A stretch of 64,000 nucleotides of DNA from Balanoglossus misakiensis (Eukaryota > Animalia > Hemichordata), in assembly GCA_040954595.2 (NCBI GenBank), contig CM082580.2, forward strand, positions 982,783 to 1,046,782, in the 5' to 3' direction. Below, piece after piece: positions 35,724-48,893 of the stretch (positions are counted from its first letter, which is position 1; every line of letters starts with the position of its first letter). The notes beneath the pieces are model-generated. The model worked only from the letters and a program-made list of their open reading frames with translations, made no database searches and was not told the DNA's origin. Position numbers and translations under genes: made by a program.

Positions 35724-38530
35724 CTATCCTTCTGGCATGCAATAGTCTTTGTGCCAAGGAGGTTTAGATTTTATTCTTGTTGAGCGTCTCACATCAGTAC
35801 TATTGGGGTTTACATTTGTCTTAGGTGATATTGTCACTGGCATTGTTGGAGGAACATTTACAATCGTTTCCAACGATGCTGTACCAGTAGGTGAAACAGG
35901 ACTAGGACATGCTGGTCCAGTTGATTTCTGACTAGAACAGACGGGTTATACTGGCAAGTTATCCAGGTTGTTATGTGTAGACAAATCATGGATATGGGGG
36001 TTACAGGATGGAACACCATTTTGAACCCTTTGAGGTTGTTCATATGTCAAATGTTTGGAGTTCCATTCAGTGCCCTGGAAGGAAAATTCTGGATATTCCT
36101 CAACATATTTCTTTACATGTCCAGTGGACCTTCTTTTTACACCTTTGGAGTTTTCCAATACTAACGCACCTCCATCTTTCTGGATGACTTTGTATGGTTC
36201 TGTCTCGAAATTGGGAGTGAGTTTGTTTTGCCTAAATGCTTGCTGGAGCAAAACAGTATCACCTTCCCTGATATCTGAGGAAGTGGCATGTCTCCTGTTG
36301 TCGGCATAGAACTTTTGTTTCATTTTCATTCTGTTGTTTCTTTCTCTCATTTTGATTTGCCAATCAGACTCATTGATTGTTTGGGATGGAATTCTCAGTC
36401 TAGGAATTTTGTCCCTAAACTCTCTTCCCATCAGAGCCATAGCAGGAGATATGCCTGTCACAGTATGGGGTGTATTTCTATATTCAAATAGAAAATGTGT
36501 CAAATCTTTGTACCAACTTTTCTTTTGCAATTTAGCAATTCGTACAGACTTCAAAATTATTTCATTCAGCCTCTCAACACTTCCATTGCTCTGAGGCCAG
36601 TATGGAATGGAATATTCATGATCAATACCTAAGTAATCAAGGAAACCTTCAAACTCGGCTGAGGTAAAAGGTGGACCATTGTCTGATTTGACACAGTAAG
36701 GCAACCCATGTGTAAGAAACATAGCTTCCATGGCTTTTATGACATGGGCAGCATCTGTTTTCTTTAACAAAACTACTTCAGGCCATCTAGAGTATAAATC
36801 AGTTACCACTAGTAATTTCTCACCATCACATACATCCAAAAGATCAACTGCTAAATCGAACCATGGTCCTTCAGGTAACTGTGTGGGTAATAATGGCTCT
36901 GGGTTTGGCCTGGCACTGACCAATTGACATGGATGACAGGATCGTATCAGTTTTTCTACATCCCTGTCCATTCCTGGCCACCAAACTCTGTCACGTAAAC
37001 GAGCCTTTGTCCTCACAATTCCCTGATGACCCTGGTGTGCAATTTTCAAGATTTTTCTTTGCAAAACTTGAGGAACAACCAATCTGTTACCACGCATGAT
37101 CAATCTGCCATACAACCATAATTCGTCTTTCACATGCCAATAGGGTGAAGACTTCAATTTTGACCAATTTGCAGAGGTAATACACTTTTCAACCAATTGC
37201 AAGCTCTGGTCTTTTGCAGATTCTCTCTCAATATCACGTGGGGTGATAGCAGATGGCATAGCCTCTAAAACAACACTACATGCAAAATCTTCAGTCTCTC
37301 TACAATAGTTGTCAGATGGTTCGTCCACGGGCAATCTACTCAACATGTCCGCATAATTATTCTTTCCCTTGATATGGGTGATATGATAATCAAATTGTTG
37401 CATATATAACAGCCATCTCTCAATTCTAGCTGAAGGGGGCCTGGAGTTAGGGCTGAATACTTTCAATAAAGGCTTATGGTCAGTTCTGACCTCAAAATGA
37501 CTGCCTAGCAGAAACTGCTGAAGTTTCTCACATGCCCATTTAACTCCAAGCGCCTCTCGCTCAAACTGAGAGTACCTCGACTCAACATGTGTAAGCTTTC
37601 TGCTAACATAGTACACTGGTTGATATGAACCATTACTTTGCATTTGTTCAAGGATTGCTCCAACACCAACGGGCGATGCATCAGAAGTGACTCGAGTTTT
37701 AGCACCCTGCTTGAAATAAGCCATGAATGGACTTGTGGTCAATTTATGTTTGATGAGATTGAATACTTTCTCATGCTTGGGAAGCCATTTCCACTTTGCA
37801 TCTTTGCGAGTCAAATCCCACAGTGGGCTTGTCACTGTTGCAAATTTATCGACATATTTTGAGCAAAATTGAGCCAGCCCAAAGAAACTTCTCAATTCTG
37901 ATTTGTCAGTTGGCGTTCGAGCTTTTACAATAGCTTTGACCTTCTCATCAGTGAGTTTCATACCCTGGGCCGTCATCAAGTGACCCATGAATATCATACT
38001 GTCTCCTAGCTTACATTTTGTAAAGTTCAGCGTTAAACCATGCTCACTAAAACGCTTGATCACTTTCCCAACTCTGGCATGCAGCTGCTCATAATTTTCA
38101 GCTACTACTCTAATATCATCATGCATGTTGTGGGCACCCTCACAGCCCTTCAAAACCTGGCTAATTAGATTTTGAAACTTTTCAGTCGCCATGTTCACAC
38201 CAAAAACTAAACGCTTGTAGCGATACAAAGAGTTGGGCCCTGAAAAGGTTGTAATATCCCTGCTCTTTTCATCGAGCTCAATTTGATGGAAAGCCATATT
38301 CATATCAAGCTTGCAAAATACCTTGGCCCCTGAAATTTCCTCTAGCGTTTCATCCATGGTGGGAACAGGGTGTCTTTCCCTAACAATGGCTTGATTTGCT
38401 TTTCTCATGTCCAGACATAGTCTGATATCCCCATCAGGCTTTTGTACTGTTACAAGGGGGTTGACCCAAGAGGTCGGACCCGAAACCTTCTCTATTACTC
38501 CCAGCTTTTGAAGCTCGTTGAGTTTTTTCA
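35724..38530 (-). pseudogene. pol: pol RT-RNase H-integrase, downstream copy
   Basis: RLCLDMR, LDMNMAFHQ, MHDD, DASPVG, TDHKPL, AHQGHQG..CHPC, SDNGPPF, GSVER. In-frame TAA at 35946-35948 precedes the C-terminal RRSTRIKSKPPWHKDY tail. Confidence 0.92.
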
Positions 38531-40059
38531 ACAACTTTAGCACGGCGGTTGAAAGGAATTCGCCGGTACTGGGCTATGGGTTTGACACTCTCATCAATAT
38601 GCAAATGGAGCTTGTAGCCCTTTAACTTACCCAACCCATTAAATACCTCAGAATATTTCCTCCGCAATTCTGCAAGAATTGGCGAAGAATTATCAGCAGA
38701 TATTGAATTTATCGTGTACAGATTCACATTTCCAACTCTCAACATATCTAAATTCTCAGAAGTACTCCGACTCAACAAAATCGGTTGATCAGCCTTGATC
38801 ACTATAAAATCAGCAATACATTTCTTTTTAGTAGGCGCTTCAACATGTAAGGCACATTTACCCAATATATCTAAAGGTTTACTAGAACCATAGGTAAACA
38901 CTTTATTGTTACAATTTCGAACTTTCACACCACGCTTTTCAGCAAGTCTGCGAAATTGTCTTTCACCAATGAGATTACATGTAGCACCACTGTCGATGAT
39001 AACCGGCACGTGTTGATTCTCGATCTGAATACCTGTATCAGTGAGGTCCTTCCCACTGGAAGCACGGAAAGCAGCATTGAAAGCATAGTACACTTTCTCC
39101 TCGTCAGTCTCGACGTCTGCATGGCCACCATCGGCGTTTGCATCAGTAGTCGTCTGAGCTACCTTGTGTGTACCGCGACCATCACCACGCGTACGGCCAC
39201 GTCCACGTGCGCTGCGGTTACCACCACTGCCTCGACTGTTGCCATTTTCACTGTCTTTAGACGGACAGTCTTCCCACTTAGCACGACAGTCTGCAGCTCT
39301 GTGTCCCGGTTTTTGACATCGGAAACACCGGTCGGACTTTTGTTCGGCATTGCGAGAACTACCACTTGTACTGGCGCGACATTCACGTTGCATGTGACCT
39401 TTCCTTCCACAACGGAAACAGGCTAAGTCCGCCATTTTGTTTTTGGCGCGCGTACGTTTACCGCCAATATTGACTGCATTTGCACTCACAGCTTGAGTAC
39501 CAGACACCAAAACTAGTGCATCTTTGTCGTGATACGACCGTATGATTTGTAGTAGTTTGGTAGTGTCCAAATTCTTTTCACGATACAGCTTGCTTTTTAG
39601 CACCTTGTCGCTGATGTAGAGCAAGACACGATCTCTTATCTGGTTGTCTTTTTCCGTCTCGGGAAAATCACAGTCTTTCAGTAGGTTCTTGAGACGTATT
39701 ACGTAGCTGTCGACCGTCTCCCCGGACGTGGGAGTTGCGCTGTAAAACTTCTGTCTCGCCATAGGAACGTTTTTCTGCAGTTGAAAGTGTTTATCCAAAC
39801 ATGCTATCAACGTTGCGCAGTTTGTGACGTCACCAGTTTCATCTTCAGATTTAGTGCTAACAATGTCTCTGATGCCCGCTCCAGCCATGTGCAAAAGTAA
39901 GGCACGCTTCTGCGCATTATTTGAAACACCAGAAGCTGCTACGAACAGTTCAAATTCCTGAAGCCAACGCTCCCACCTTTGCTGAAGAGCCTCCGGTTCG
40001 CCTTCACAGTCGAATCCCGCCACTCCTGGCAGTCCGGACAGCGTTACGGGTGTAGACAT
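38434..40059 (-). CDS. gag: gag-protease, downstream copy (two CCHC knuckles)
   Basis: W..W...FELF, CFRCGRKGHMQREC, CFRCQKPGHRAADC, IIDSGA. Separated from pol by one extra A near 38525. Confidence 0.9.
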   Translation of the reverse strand: MSTPVTLSGLPGVAGFDCEGEPEALQQRWERWLQEFELFVAASGVSNNAQKRALLLHMAGAGIRDIVSTKSEDETGDVTNCATLIACLDKHFQLQKNVPMARQKFYSATPTSGETVDSYVIRLKNLLKDCDFPETEKDNQIRDRVLLYISDKVLKSKLYREKNLDTTKLLQIIRSYHDKDALVLVSGTQAVSANAVNIGGKRTRAKNKMADLACFRCGRKGHMQRECRASTSGSSRNAEQKSDRCFRCQKPGHRAADCRAKWEDCPSKDSENGNSRGSGGNRSARGRGRTRGDGRGTHKVAQTTTDANADGGHADVETDEEKVYYAFNAAFRASSGKDLTDTGIQIENQHVPVIIDSGATCNLIGERQFRRLAEKRGVKVRNCNNKVFTYGSSKPLDILGKCALHVEAPTKKKCIADFIVIKADQPILLSRSTSENLDMLRVGNVNLYTINSISADNSSPILAELRRKYSEVFNGLGKLKGYKLHLHIDESVKPIAQYRRIPFNRRAKVVEKTQRASKAGSNREGFGSDLLGQPPCNSTKA

Positions 40060-40314
40060 TTCATCTCCTCAACTGTAGAAGAAAACTTGTACTTTAAGTT
40101 TACAACTCGCTTTGGAAAGTATGAAATTTGCCAACACTGTCAAATTGTAATGCTTTGTGAATGATCATGTTCTAACAAACGAAAACAAACAGAACCTTAA
40201 CCTTAACAAGAACTTGAGAACTTCATAACTAGGAAAATACAAATCTCCAAGAGAAAATTTGCTCTACAGAAACTCATTCCATAATGTTTGTGGACAGTCT
40301 TATGTCAATATAAT

Positions 40315-43121
40315 CTATCCTTCTGGCATGCAATAGTCTTTGTGCCAAGGAGGTTTAGATTTTATTCTTGTTGAGCGTCTCACATCAGTACTATTGGGGT
40401 TTACATTTGTCTTAGGTGATATTGTCACTGGCATTGTTGGAGGAACATTTACAATCGTTTCCAACGATGCTGTACCAGTAGGTGAAACAGGACTAGGACA
40501 TGCTGGTCCAGTTGATTTCTGACTAGAACAGACGGGTTATACTGGCAAGTTATCCAGGTTGTTATGTGTAGACAAATCATGGATATGGGGGTTACAGGAT
40601 GGAACACCATTTTGAACCCTTTGAGGTTGTTCATATGTCAAATGTTTGGAGTTCCATTCAGTGCCCTGGAAGGAAAATTCTGGATATTCCTCAACATATT
40701 TCTTTACATGTCCAGTGGACCTTCTTTTTACACCTTTGGAGTTTTCCAATACTAACGCACCTCCATCTTTCTGGATGACTTTGTATGGTTCTGTCTCGAA
40801 ATTGGGAGTGAGTTTGTTTTGCCTAAATGCTTGCTGGAGCAAAACAGTATCACCTTCCCTGATATCTGAGGAAGTGGCATGTCTCCTGTTGTCGGCATAG
40901 AACTTTTGTTTCATTTTCATTCTGTTGTTTCTTTCTCTCATTTTGATTTGCCAATCAGACTCATTGATTGTTTGGGATGGAATTCTCAGTCTAGGAATTT
41001 TGTCCCTAAACTCTCTTCCCATCAGAGCCATAGCAGGAGATATGCCTGTCACAGTATGGGGTGTATTTCTATATTCAAATAGAAAATGTGTCAAATCTTT
41101 GTACCAACTTTTCTTTTGCAATTTAGCAATTCGTACAGACTTCAAAATTATTTCATTCAGCCTCTCAACACTTCCATTGCTCTGAGGCCAGTATGGAATG
41201 GAATATTCATGATCAATACCTAAGTAATCAAGGAAACCTTCAAACTCGGCTGAGGTAAAAGGTGGACCATTGTCTGATTTGACACAGTAAGGCAACCCAT
41301 GTGTAAGAAACATAGCTTCCATGGCTTTTATGACATGGGCAGCATCTGTTTTCTTTAACAAAACTACTTCAGGCCATCTAGAGTATAAATCAGTTACCAC
41401 TAGTAATTTCTCACCATCACATACATCCAAAAGATCAACTGCTAAATCGAACCATGGTCCTTCAGGTAACTGTGTGGGTAATAATGGCTCTGGGTTTGGC
41501 CTGGCACTGACCAATTGACATGGATGACAGGATCGTATCAGTTTTTCTACATCCCTGTCCATTCCTGGCCACCAAACTCTGTCACGTAAACGAGCCTTTG
41601 TCCTCACAATTCCCTGATGACCCTGGTGTGCAATTTTCAAGATTTTTCTTTGCAAAACTTGAGGAACAACCAATCTGTTACCACGCATGATCAATCTGCC
41701 ATACAACCATAATTCGTCTTTCACATGCCAATAGGGTGAAGACTTCAATTTTGACCAATTTGCAGAGGTAATACACTTTTCAACCAATTGCAAGCTCTGG
41801 TCTTTTGCAGATTCTCTCTCAATATCACGTGGGGTGATAGCAGATGGCATAGCCTCTAAAACAACACTACATGCAAAATCTTCAGTCTCTCTACAATAGT
41901 TGTCAGATGGTTCGTCCACGGGCAATCTACTCAACATGTCCGCATAATTATTCTTTCCCTTGATATGGGTGATATGATAATCAAATTGTTGCATATATAA
42001 CAGCCATCTCTCAATTCTAGCTGAAGGGGGCCTGGAGTTAGGGCTGAATACTTTCAATAAAGGCTTATGGTCAGTTCTGACCTCAAAATGACTGCCTAGC
42101 AGAAACTGCTGAAGTTTCTCACATGCCCATTTAACTCCAAGCGCCTCTCGCTCAAACTGAGAGTACCTCGACTCAACATGTGTAAGCTTTCTGCTAACAT
42201 AGTACACTGGTTGATATGAACCATTACTTTGCATTTGTTCAAGGATTGCTCCAACACCAACGGGCGATGCATCAGAAGTGACTCGAGTTTTAGCACCCTG
42301 CTTGAAATAAGCCATGAATGGACTTGTGGTCAATTTATGTTTGATGAGATTGAATACTTTCTCATGCTTGGGAAGCCATTTCCACTTTGCATCTTTGCGA
42401 GTCAAATCCCACAGTGGGCTTGTCACTGTTGCAAATTTATCGACATATTTTGAGCAAAATTGAGCCAGCCCAAAGAAACTTCTCAATTCTGATTTGTCAG
42501 TTGGCGTTCGAGCTTTTACAATAGCTTTGACCTTCTCATCAGTGAGTTTCATACCCTGGGCCGTCATCAAGTGACCCATGAATATCATACTGTCTCCTAG
42601 CTTACATTTTGTAAAGTTCAGCGTTAAACCATGCTCACTAAAACGCTTGATCACTTTCCCAACTCTGGCATGCAGCTGCTCATAATTTTCAGCTACTACT
42701 CTAATATCATCATGCATGTTGTGGGCACCCTCACAGCCCTTCAAAACCTGGCTAATTAGATTTTGAAACTTTTCAGTCGCCATGTTCACACCAAAAACTA
42801 AACGCTTGTAGCGATACAAAGAGTTGGGCCCTGAAAAGGTTGTAATATCCCTGCTCTTTTCATCGAGCTCAATTTGATGGAAAGCCATATTCATATCAAG
42901 CTTGCAAAATACCTTGGCCCCTGAAATTTCCTCTAGCGTTTCATCCATGGTGGGAACAGGGTGTCTTTCCCTAACAATGGCTTGATTTGCTTTTCTCATG
43001 TCCAGACATAGTCTGATATCCCCATCAGGCTTTTGTACTGTTACAAGGGGGTTGACCCAAGAGGTCGGACCCGAAACCTTCTCTATTACTCCCAGCTTTT
43101 GAAGCTCGTTGAGTTTTTTCA
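40315..43121 (-). pseudogene. pol: pol RT-RNase H-integrase, upstream copy
   Basis: Translation identical to the downstream copy, including the premature stop (40537-40539). Confidence 0.92.
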
Positions 43122-44656
43122 ACAACTTTAGCACGGCGGTTGAAAGGAATTCGCCGGTACTGGGCTATGGGTTTGACACTCTCATCAATATGCAAATGGA
43201 GCTTGTAGCCCTTTAACTTACCCAACCCATTAAATACCTCAGAATATTTCCTCCGCAATTCTGCAAGAATTGGCGAAGAATTATCAGCAGATATTGAATT
43301 TATCGTGTACAGATTCACATTTCCAACTCTCAACATATCTAAATTCTCAGAAGTACTCCGACTCAACAAAATCGGTTGATCAGCCTTGATCACTATAAAA
43401 TCAGCAATACATTTCTTTTTAGTAGGCGCTTCAACATGTAAGGCACATTTACCCAATATATCTAAAGGTTTACTAGAACCATAGGTAAACACTTTATTGT
43501 TACAATTTCGAACTTTCACACCACGCTTTTCAGCAAGTCTGCGAAATTGTCTTTCACCAATGAGATTACATGTAGCACCACTGTCGATGATAACCGGCAC
43601 GTGTTGATTCTCGATCTGAATACCTGTATCAGTGAGGTCCTTCCCACTGGAAGCACGGAAAGCAGCATTGAAAGCATAGTACACTTTCTCCTCGTCAGTC
43701 TCGACGTCTGCATGGCCACCATCGGCGTTTGCATCAGTAGTCGTCTGAGCTACCTTGTGTGTACCGCGACCATCACCACGCGTACGGCCACGTCCACGTG
43801 CGCTGCGGTTACCACCACTGCCTCGACTGTTGCCATTTTCACTGTCTTTAGACGGACAGTCTTCCCACTTAGCACGACAGTCTGCAGCTCTGTGTCCCGG
43901 TTTTTGACATCGGAAACACCGGTCGGACTTTTGTTCGGCATTGCGAGAACTACCACTTGTACTGGCGCGACATTCACGTTGCATGTGACCTTTCCTTCCA
44001 CAACGGAAACAGGCTAAGTCCGCCATTTTGTTTTTGGCGCGCGTACGTTTACCGCCAATATTGACTGCATTTGCACTCACAGCTTGAGTACCAGACACCA
44101 AAACTAGTGCATCTTTGTCGTGATACGACCGTATGATTTGTAGTAGTTTGGTAGTGTCCAAATTCTTTTCACGATACAGCTTGCTTTTTAGCACCTTGTC
44201 GCTGATGTAGAGCAAGACACGATCTCTTATCTGGTTGTCTTTTTCCGTCTCGGGAAAATCACAGTCTTTCAGTAGGTTCTTGAGACGTATTACGTAGCTG
44301 TCGACCGTCTCCCCGGACGTGGGAGTTGCGCTGTAAAACTTCTGTCTCGCCATAGGAACGTTTTTCTGCAGTTGAAAGTGTTTATCCAAACATGCTATCA
44401 ACGTTGCGCAGTTTGTGACGTCACCAGTTTCATCTTCAGATTTAGTGCTAACAATGTCTCTGATGCCCGCTCCAGCCATGTGCAAAAGTAAGGCACGCTT
44501 CTGCGCATTATTTGAAACACCAGAAGCTGCTACGAACAGTTCAAATTCCTGAAGCCAACGCTCCCACCTTTGCTGAAGAGCCTCCGGTTCGCCTTCACAG
44601 TCGAATCCCGCCACTCCTGGCAGTCCGGACAGCGTTACGGGTGTAGACATTTTCAT
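43025..44656 (-). CDS. gag: gag-protease, upstream copy
   Basis: Identical to the downstream copy plus N-terminal MK. Confidence 0.9.
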   Translation of the reverse strand: MKMSTPVTLSGLPGVAGFDCEGEPEALQQRWERWLQEFELFVAASGVSNNAQKRALLLHMAGAGIRDIVSTKSEDETGDVTNCATLIACLDKHFQLQKNVPMARQKFYSATPTSGETVDSYVIRLKNLLKDCDFPETEKDNQIRDRVLLYISDKVLKSKLYREKNLDTTKLLQIIRSYHDKDALVLVSGTQAVSANAVNIGGKRTRAKNKMADLACFRCGRKGHMQRECRASTSGSSRNAEQKSDRCFRCQKPGHRAADCRAKWEDCPSKDSENGNSRGSGGNRSARGRGRTRGDGRGTHKVAQTTTDANADGGHADVETDEEKVYYAFNAAFRASSGKDLTDTGIQIENQHVPVIIDSGATCNLIGERQFRRLAEKRGVKVRNCNNKVFTYGSSKPLDILGKCALHVEAPTKKKCIADFIVIKADQPILLSRSTSENLDMLRVGNVNLYTINSISADNSSPILAELRRKYSEVFNGLGKLKGYKLHLHIDESVKPIAQYRRIPFNRRAKVVEKTQRASKAGSNREGFGSDLLGQPPCNSTKA

Positions 44657-44739
44657 GCACTCAAATCACGGCTAAAAAGTCACCAAATCTCGTAAAGGTT
44701 GCTTGCGTATGTTCTTCGATAGTTAATTTAGACAACTAA

Positions 44740-44752
44740 ATCCTCGTCGCCA
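44740..44752 (-). promoter_or_regulatory. Primer-binding site, tRNA-Ser(GCT) type
   Basis: TGGCGACGAGGAT, 4 nt after the 5' LTR. Confidence 0.8.
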
Positions 44753-44756
44753 TTTA

Positions 44757-44910
44757 TGTGATGTCCGGGGAGGGGTTATTGACAGTCGACAACGACGGAG
44801 TTCCACAGAAGTGATGTTTATTGAATGACAACCACGCGGGAACTAACAGTTACAGGAAATCACGTATACAGACCATGTGACAATCACGTGATCATGACAA
44901 TACTATCACA
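44757..44910 (-). repeat. 5' LTR (154 bp)
   Basis: Direct repeat of 35319-35472, adjacent to the PBS. Confidence 0.95.
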
Positions 44911-45396
44911 ATGATCTGATATAAACTGATGGTTCATAACTATTCACCATAGACCTGAACTTGTTTGTGACATTTACTGATGCAAATAACAACTGCACAA
45001 TTTGAATATTGCCATAACTATTTTCAAAGGTAGTTTGACACCCACCCCACCCAAAATGATAGAAGGATCAGTTAGTAACATTCTATACCCTTACATTTTT
45101 ATGTGTCAGTGTCACACATATTTAGAAGATAAATGAAAACTGAATACAAGAATAAAAGTTTGTCTAACCTTTATGATCTTCTTTGACAAGTTCTTGGCAG
45201 CATGCCAAATGTCATGAGAATGTTTTATGTCTGGGTGATCGTCTCCTATAAGAGTGGGTAAATGTGATTACAAATGGAGCTTCAAAATGACAGTGTTATG
45301 ATTGCCAAATACATTATCTCAGAAAAACAAAATCAACATTGACCTGTATAACAGCTTTGCTTTTGGCATTTCAAAGCAACATATAACCCAAGTTAA

Positions 45397-46191
45397 GATG
45401 GGTCCCTAGGATCTTTTTGCTCGTTGCTATGGGCCTTTATAGGACACTACGCTCAATTTTGATCGAAACCGTTATGAACGTCCGACAAGGGGCTTGTAAC
45501 TAGTTAAAAATACGCACGATTGTGTGCACACCCCCTGTCCGAGTATGGTTACGGCAGCTACCGCCCGGCCATAGGCCGCCACGCTAATATGGCAAAGCAG
45601 CAGTCACCGATAGCGTGCGCGTCCTGTAACCACAGTAACTAGATCGAACGCTAAATATCCAATGTTTTGTACACAGAGATTTTGTACCGTTCACGAAAAT
45701 CCCTAAGGCTTTTTTCATAGGCGACGTAGGCCAGCCAAATTTGACCTGCTTGTTGAGAACGCACTTCCGCATAGTGTGACGGATCGTTTTTTCGGTTTTC
45801 GTCGTGCTAAGAAGCGATACCGGTGGAAGAGTGCGTCCAAAAACACCCAAAATCGATGACTTTTTCAGGTGTGGTACGGGTATGCTGAAATCGTAGGATA
45901 CAACGATAATATTCGAAAACAAAATCCGTCACGATCTTCCCTGGTTCAAGCAACTAATGAATACGTATCAAGTTCGTTTTTGAGGTCACGGAATAAAAAG
46001 CCTGAGGCTTTTGAAATTTGACCTAGCTAATTTGCATATCAATGGCGTCAGGGGGCGCGCGCTCACAATCGTGCAGATTTTCAACTAGTTACCAGCCCCT
46101 TGTTAGACTCTGAAAACGGCTTAGTCCAAATCGGGGTGCAATGTCCTATAAAGGCCCATAGCAACGGGCAAAAAGATCCTAGGGACCCATC
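45397..46191. mobile_element. Kolobok-type MITE (795 bp) in a Kolobok intron
   Basis: TTAA|GATGGGTCCCTAGGATCTTTTTGC ... GCAAAAAGATCCTAGGGACCCATC|TTAA, ~140-bp imperfect TIR. Confidence 0.88.
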
Positions 46192-47393
46192 TTAAAATCA
46201 TAAAATTACACTTACTCATCAGAGCTGTAATCTGCATGTGGGCATCTGTTACGACTTCTTTGACATTTACACCTTTCTCCTGAAGCTGGTTTAGACTTTT
46301 AACAAGGCAGGCCTTTTCCATGTTTGTTGACTTCTTCTCTGTTTCTCTTTTGTCCATGGTTATTATCGACAGAATTTTCTTGGTGGTTTCCTCCATCACA
46401 GTATAGGTGCAATATTGCGCACAAAAACCCGGGGAATCCATTCGCCCATCACCTGAGACATAATCAAGTAAATATGTCAGTCAAATTATACATAAGTATG
46501 CATAAGTGAGAACATTTCCAATTCAATGATTTTACAATGAGTATGAAATGATGCAAATGAGGAAGTAAATGCCACCAAATAATAACTATTGTATTCTTTT
46601 CTAAATCAGCAGAATAGAGTGTGTAAGTATAAACTTTTAGACATAAATTACAAGTGCATTGGCCGACATGTGATGGATAATCAGTGGGGTGAGCCAATCA
46701 GATTAGGTGCGTGTCATTAACAATGAAGCTAAAAACTTACCCAGTAAAACAAGTTCTTGGCCATCAAATGAATCAATGATGTCTTGTTGTTGTCGTATCC
46801 AAAATTCATCAAGACATGGTATTAGATAAGCTTTCTGAATTCTATTGTAAGTATTCTGGGAGCAAATTCTGAGTGACAGAATGCTTGCCAAAAAATTAAT
46901 TTTGGCATAATTATTACCAGACAATAGAATGGCAGCTGCTGTGAAGAGATCACCACTATGAAGTCTCCTGTTCAAAATTGGTTGTGAACACCATTCGTAC
47001 TCAAGGTGACCAGCTGAGCATTCCTGAAAAAAAAAAGTTTAAAGATTCATGCTTATTTGATCATTTCATGTTGATTTCTCCAAGACACGATAAAACAGAT
47101 GTTAATACCGATAACTTTGTAATTTCAGTTGACTATTGTTTTTTATTATAAACCTAAAGGAACAATGTGCACCCACATAGGATTATAACTAGAGTTTCCT
47201 GTTCATCTAAATAATACTGGCATAGTGATTGTCCATACAATGCACACTACAGTTGGTATAGTTTAACAATAATTGTCAAGAATATACCATATTTAGTTCA
47301 CACTCACCCACTTTAGATATAAAGCTGAGCCAACAAACTTTGAAGTAGAGGATATCAATCCACTGCAAGACTTCAATGCACAGACTTGCCTAA

Positions 47394-48893
47394 CACTTTC
47401 ACTGCGTAGTTAATATATGCTAATGTATTCCTGTGCGTAGTTTCCTATGGTAAATTTAACTAATAAACAATGTTTTACTTTACCATCTCTCTCTCTTGTA
47501 ATATGAAAGTATATGCAATGATATTTCCAGCAAGTATATTTTATAAGACAACCAACATAATAAAACTGAAAAATGGTCACATGACCATTAATTGGTCATG
47601 TGACACTGGCGGCCATAATGGATTTCTGTCGAAATATGGTAAAAACAACAGATATTGTAATATAAGTGACTGAAATACTGTATTTAATTCATTGTATCAC
47701 AGCTGACAGACAAAAATAGTCAAAAACAACTTCCCCCTGTATAAAAGGGAATAACAAGTGACTTTTGAGCAAGAAATTTGATCAAATTTATTAATGGACC
47801 ATAAAAAGAATTATCAAATCATGCCCACCATTTACATGTATACATGTTTAAAATCTGAGAAAGAAATAGAGTTTATTAGTGAAAAGGTGAATGATTGAAT
47901 TTGTAAATAAATAATAATAATAAAATAAATTCATTAAGTAATTTATTAAATACTCTACGTTTTAATGAATTGCAAGTTGAAGAAATCAAGATTGGTAAAT
48001 ATGAATATACACACATTTAAAAAAAAAATTCATTAGCATAGTACTGTTTTGGCAATTCATTTCAAATGGATATAATACTCTGACAACATAGACTTCTGGC
48101 AAAGTCCCATCATGATTTGCAAAGAAACCTACGCCTTCATTTAATTCAGTGAAGTAGGCATCTAGCGAAATCTTGACCGGAAGGGCAACTCATCAATTGC
48201 AGGGTTGTCAAAAAATTGTGCGGTGTACATATCAGTTTGCTCTGACAATGACATCAACTCAAACACATCAGCACGAAAGAACAGCTGAAAAAAGTCAACG
48301 GGTGCAAAGTCATCAGTGTCAACTAATAAACCTTAGCGATGATCGTATACAGATAACCAGTCCGGTGTGTAATTGTCATTTACGTCATACAAAACCCACC
48401 GCGTGTCACCATCAACGTTACGACGTCCGAGAACATGGCAAAAACCCTCCCTCTCTCTCTGTCTCTACTCTGTTTTCTCCGTGTCTGGCTTCTATTTCTG
48501 GTTCTATGATGTTGTTGTCCGTAATTTGGCTTCCGCTATCGCTATGATCGCTGTCACTATCCTGAAAGACTTGTTCAAGAACTTCGTCGGCATGAAACTT
48601 TGCCCGTGTCGCCATTTTTAAATACCAAGTGAATGAAAAAATATGATCGGGGTGACCTAAAATCAGCTGTATAAGGAAACCCTTTGATGACAAAATCGAC
48701 TTGATTGTTTACAATACATATGCGCATGCTCAATTAGGGTTGACCCCTGTCCTATATAAAGTCATACAAAATGAGTAAATAAGCAACGAACATAAAATAG
48801 AACAGACCAAGTAACGGACGCGATCTTGGCGCATTTATGCGCCTCCCGCATTCTGACTGCCGGCGCAGAAAACGCCCTCCCGCAGCGAAAGTG
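47394..48893 (-). mobile_element. Internally deleted piggyBac element (1500 bp) with CTAA TSD
   Basis: TIR CACTTTCACTGCG / CGCAGCGAAAGTG. CTAA at 47390-47393 and 48894-48897. Removal restores the Kolobok exon in frame (LALGKKSI-R-QVCALKSC). Confidence 0.85.
48175..48615 (-). pseudogene. piggyBac transposase N-terminal fragment
   Basis: MATRAKFHADEVLEQVFQDSDSD followed by APVDFFQLFFRADVFELM..QTDMYTAQ (P.DFF.LFF...TN.YA-like), with stops. Confidence 0.7.

Larger units (their letters stand above)
35319..44910 (-). mobile_element. Mag-like Ty3/Gypsy LTR retrotransposon with tandemly duplicated internal region
   Basis: 154-bp LTRs, 5-bp TSD ATGAT (35314-35318, 44911-44915), PBS, PPT GAGGAGA, two gag-pol copies with period 4591 bp. 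Inserted in a Kolobok intron. Confidence 0.95.

Noticed and set aside
38515-38535. AAAAAAC run as a programmed -1 gag-pol frameshift
   Set aside because: pol is in the +1 frame relative to gag, the heptamer is out of phase, and the site lies within the RT N-terminal region. One extra A explains it.
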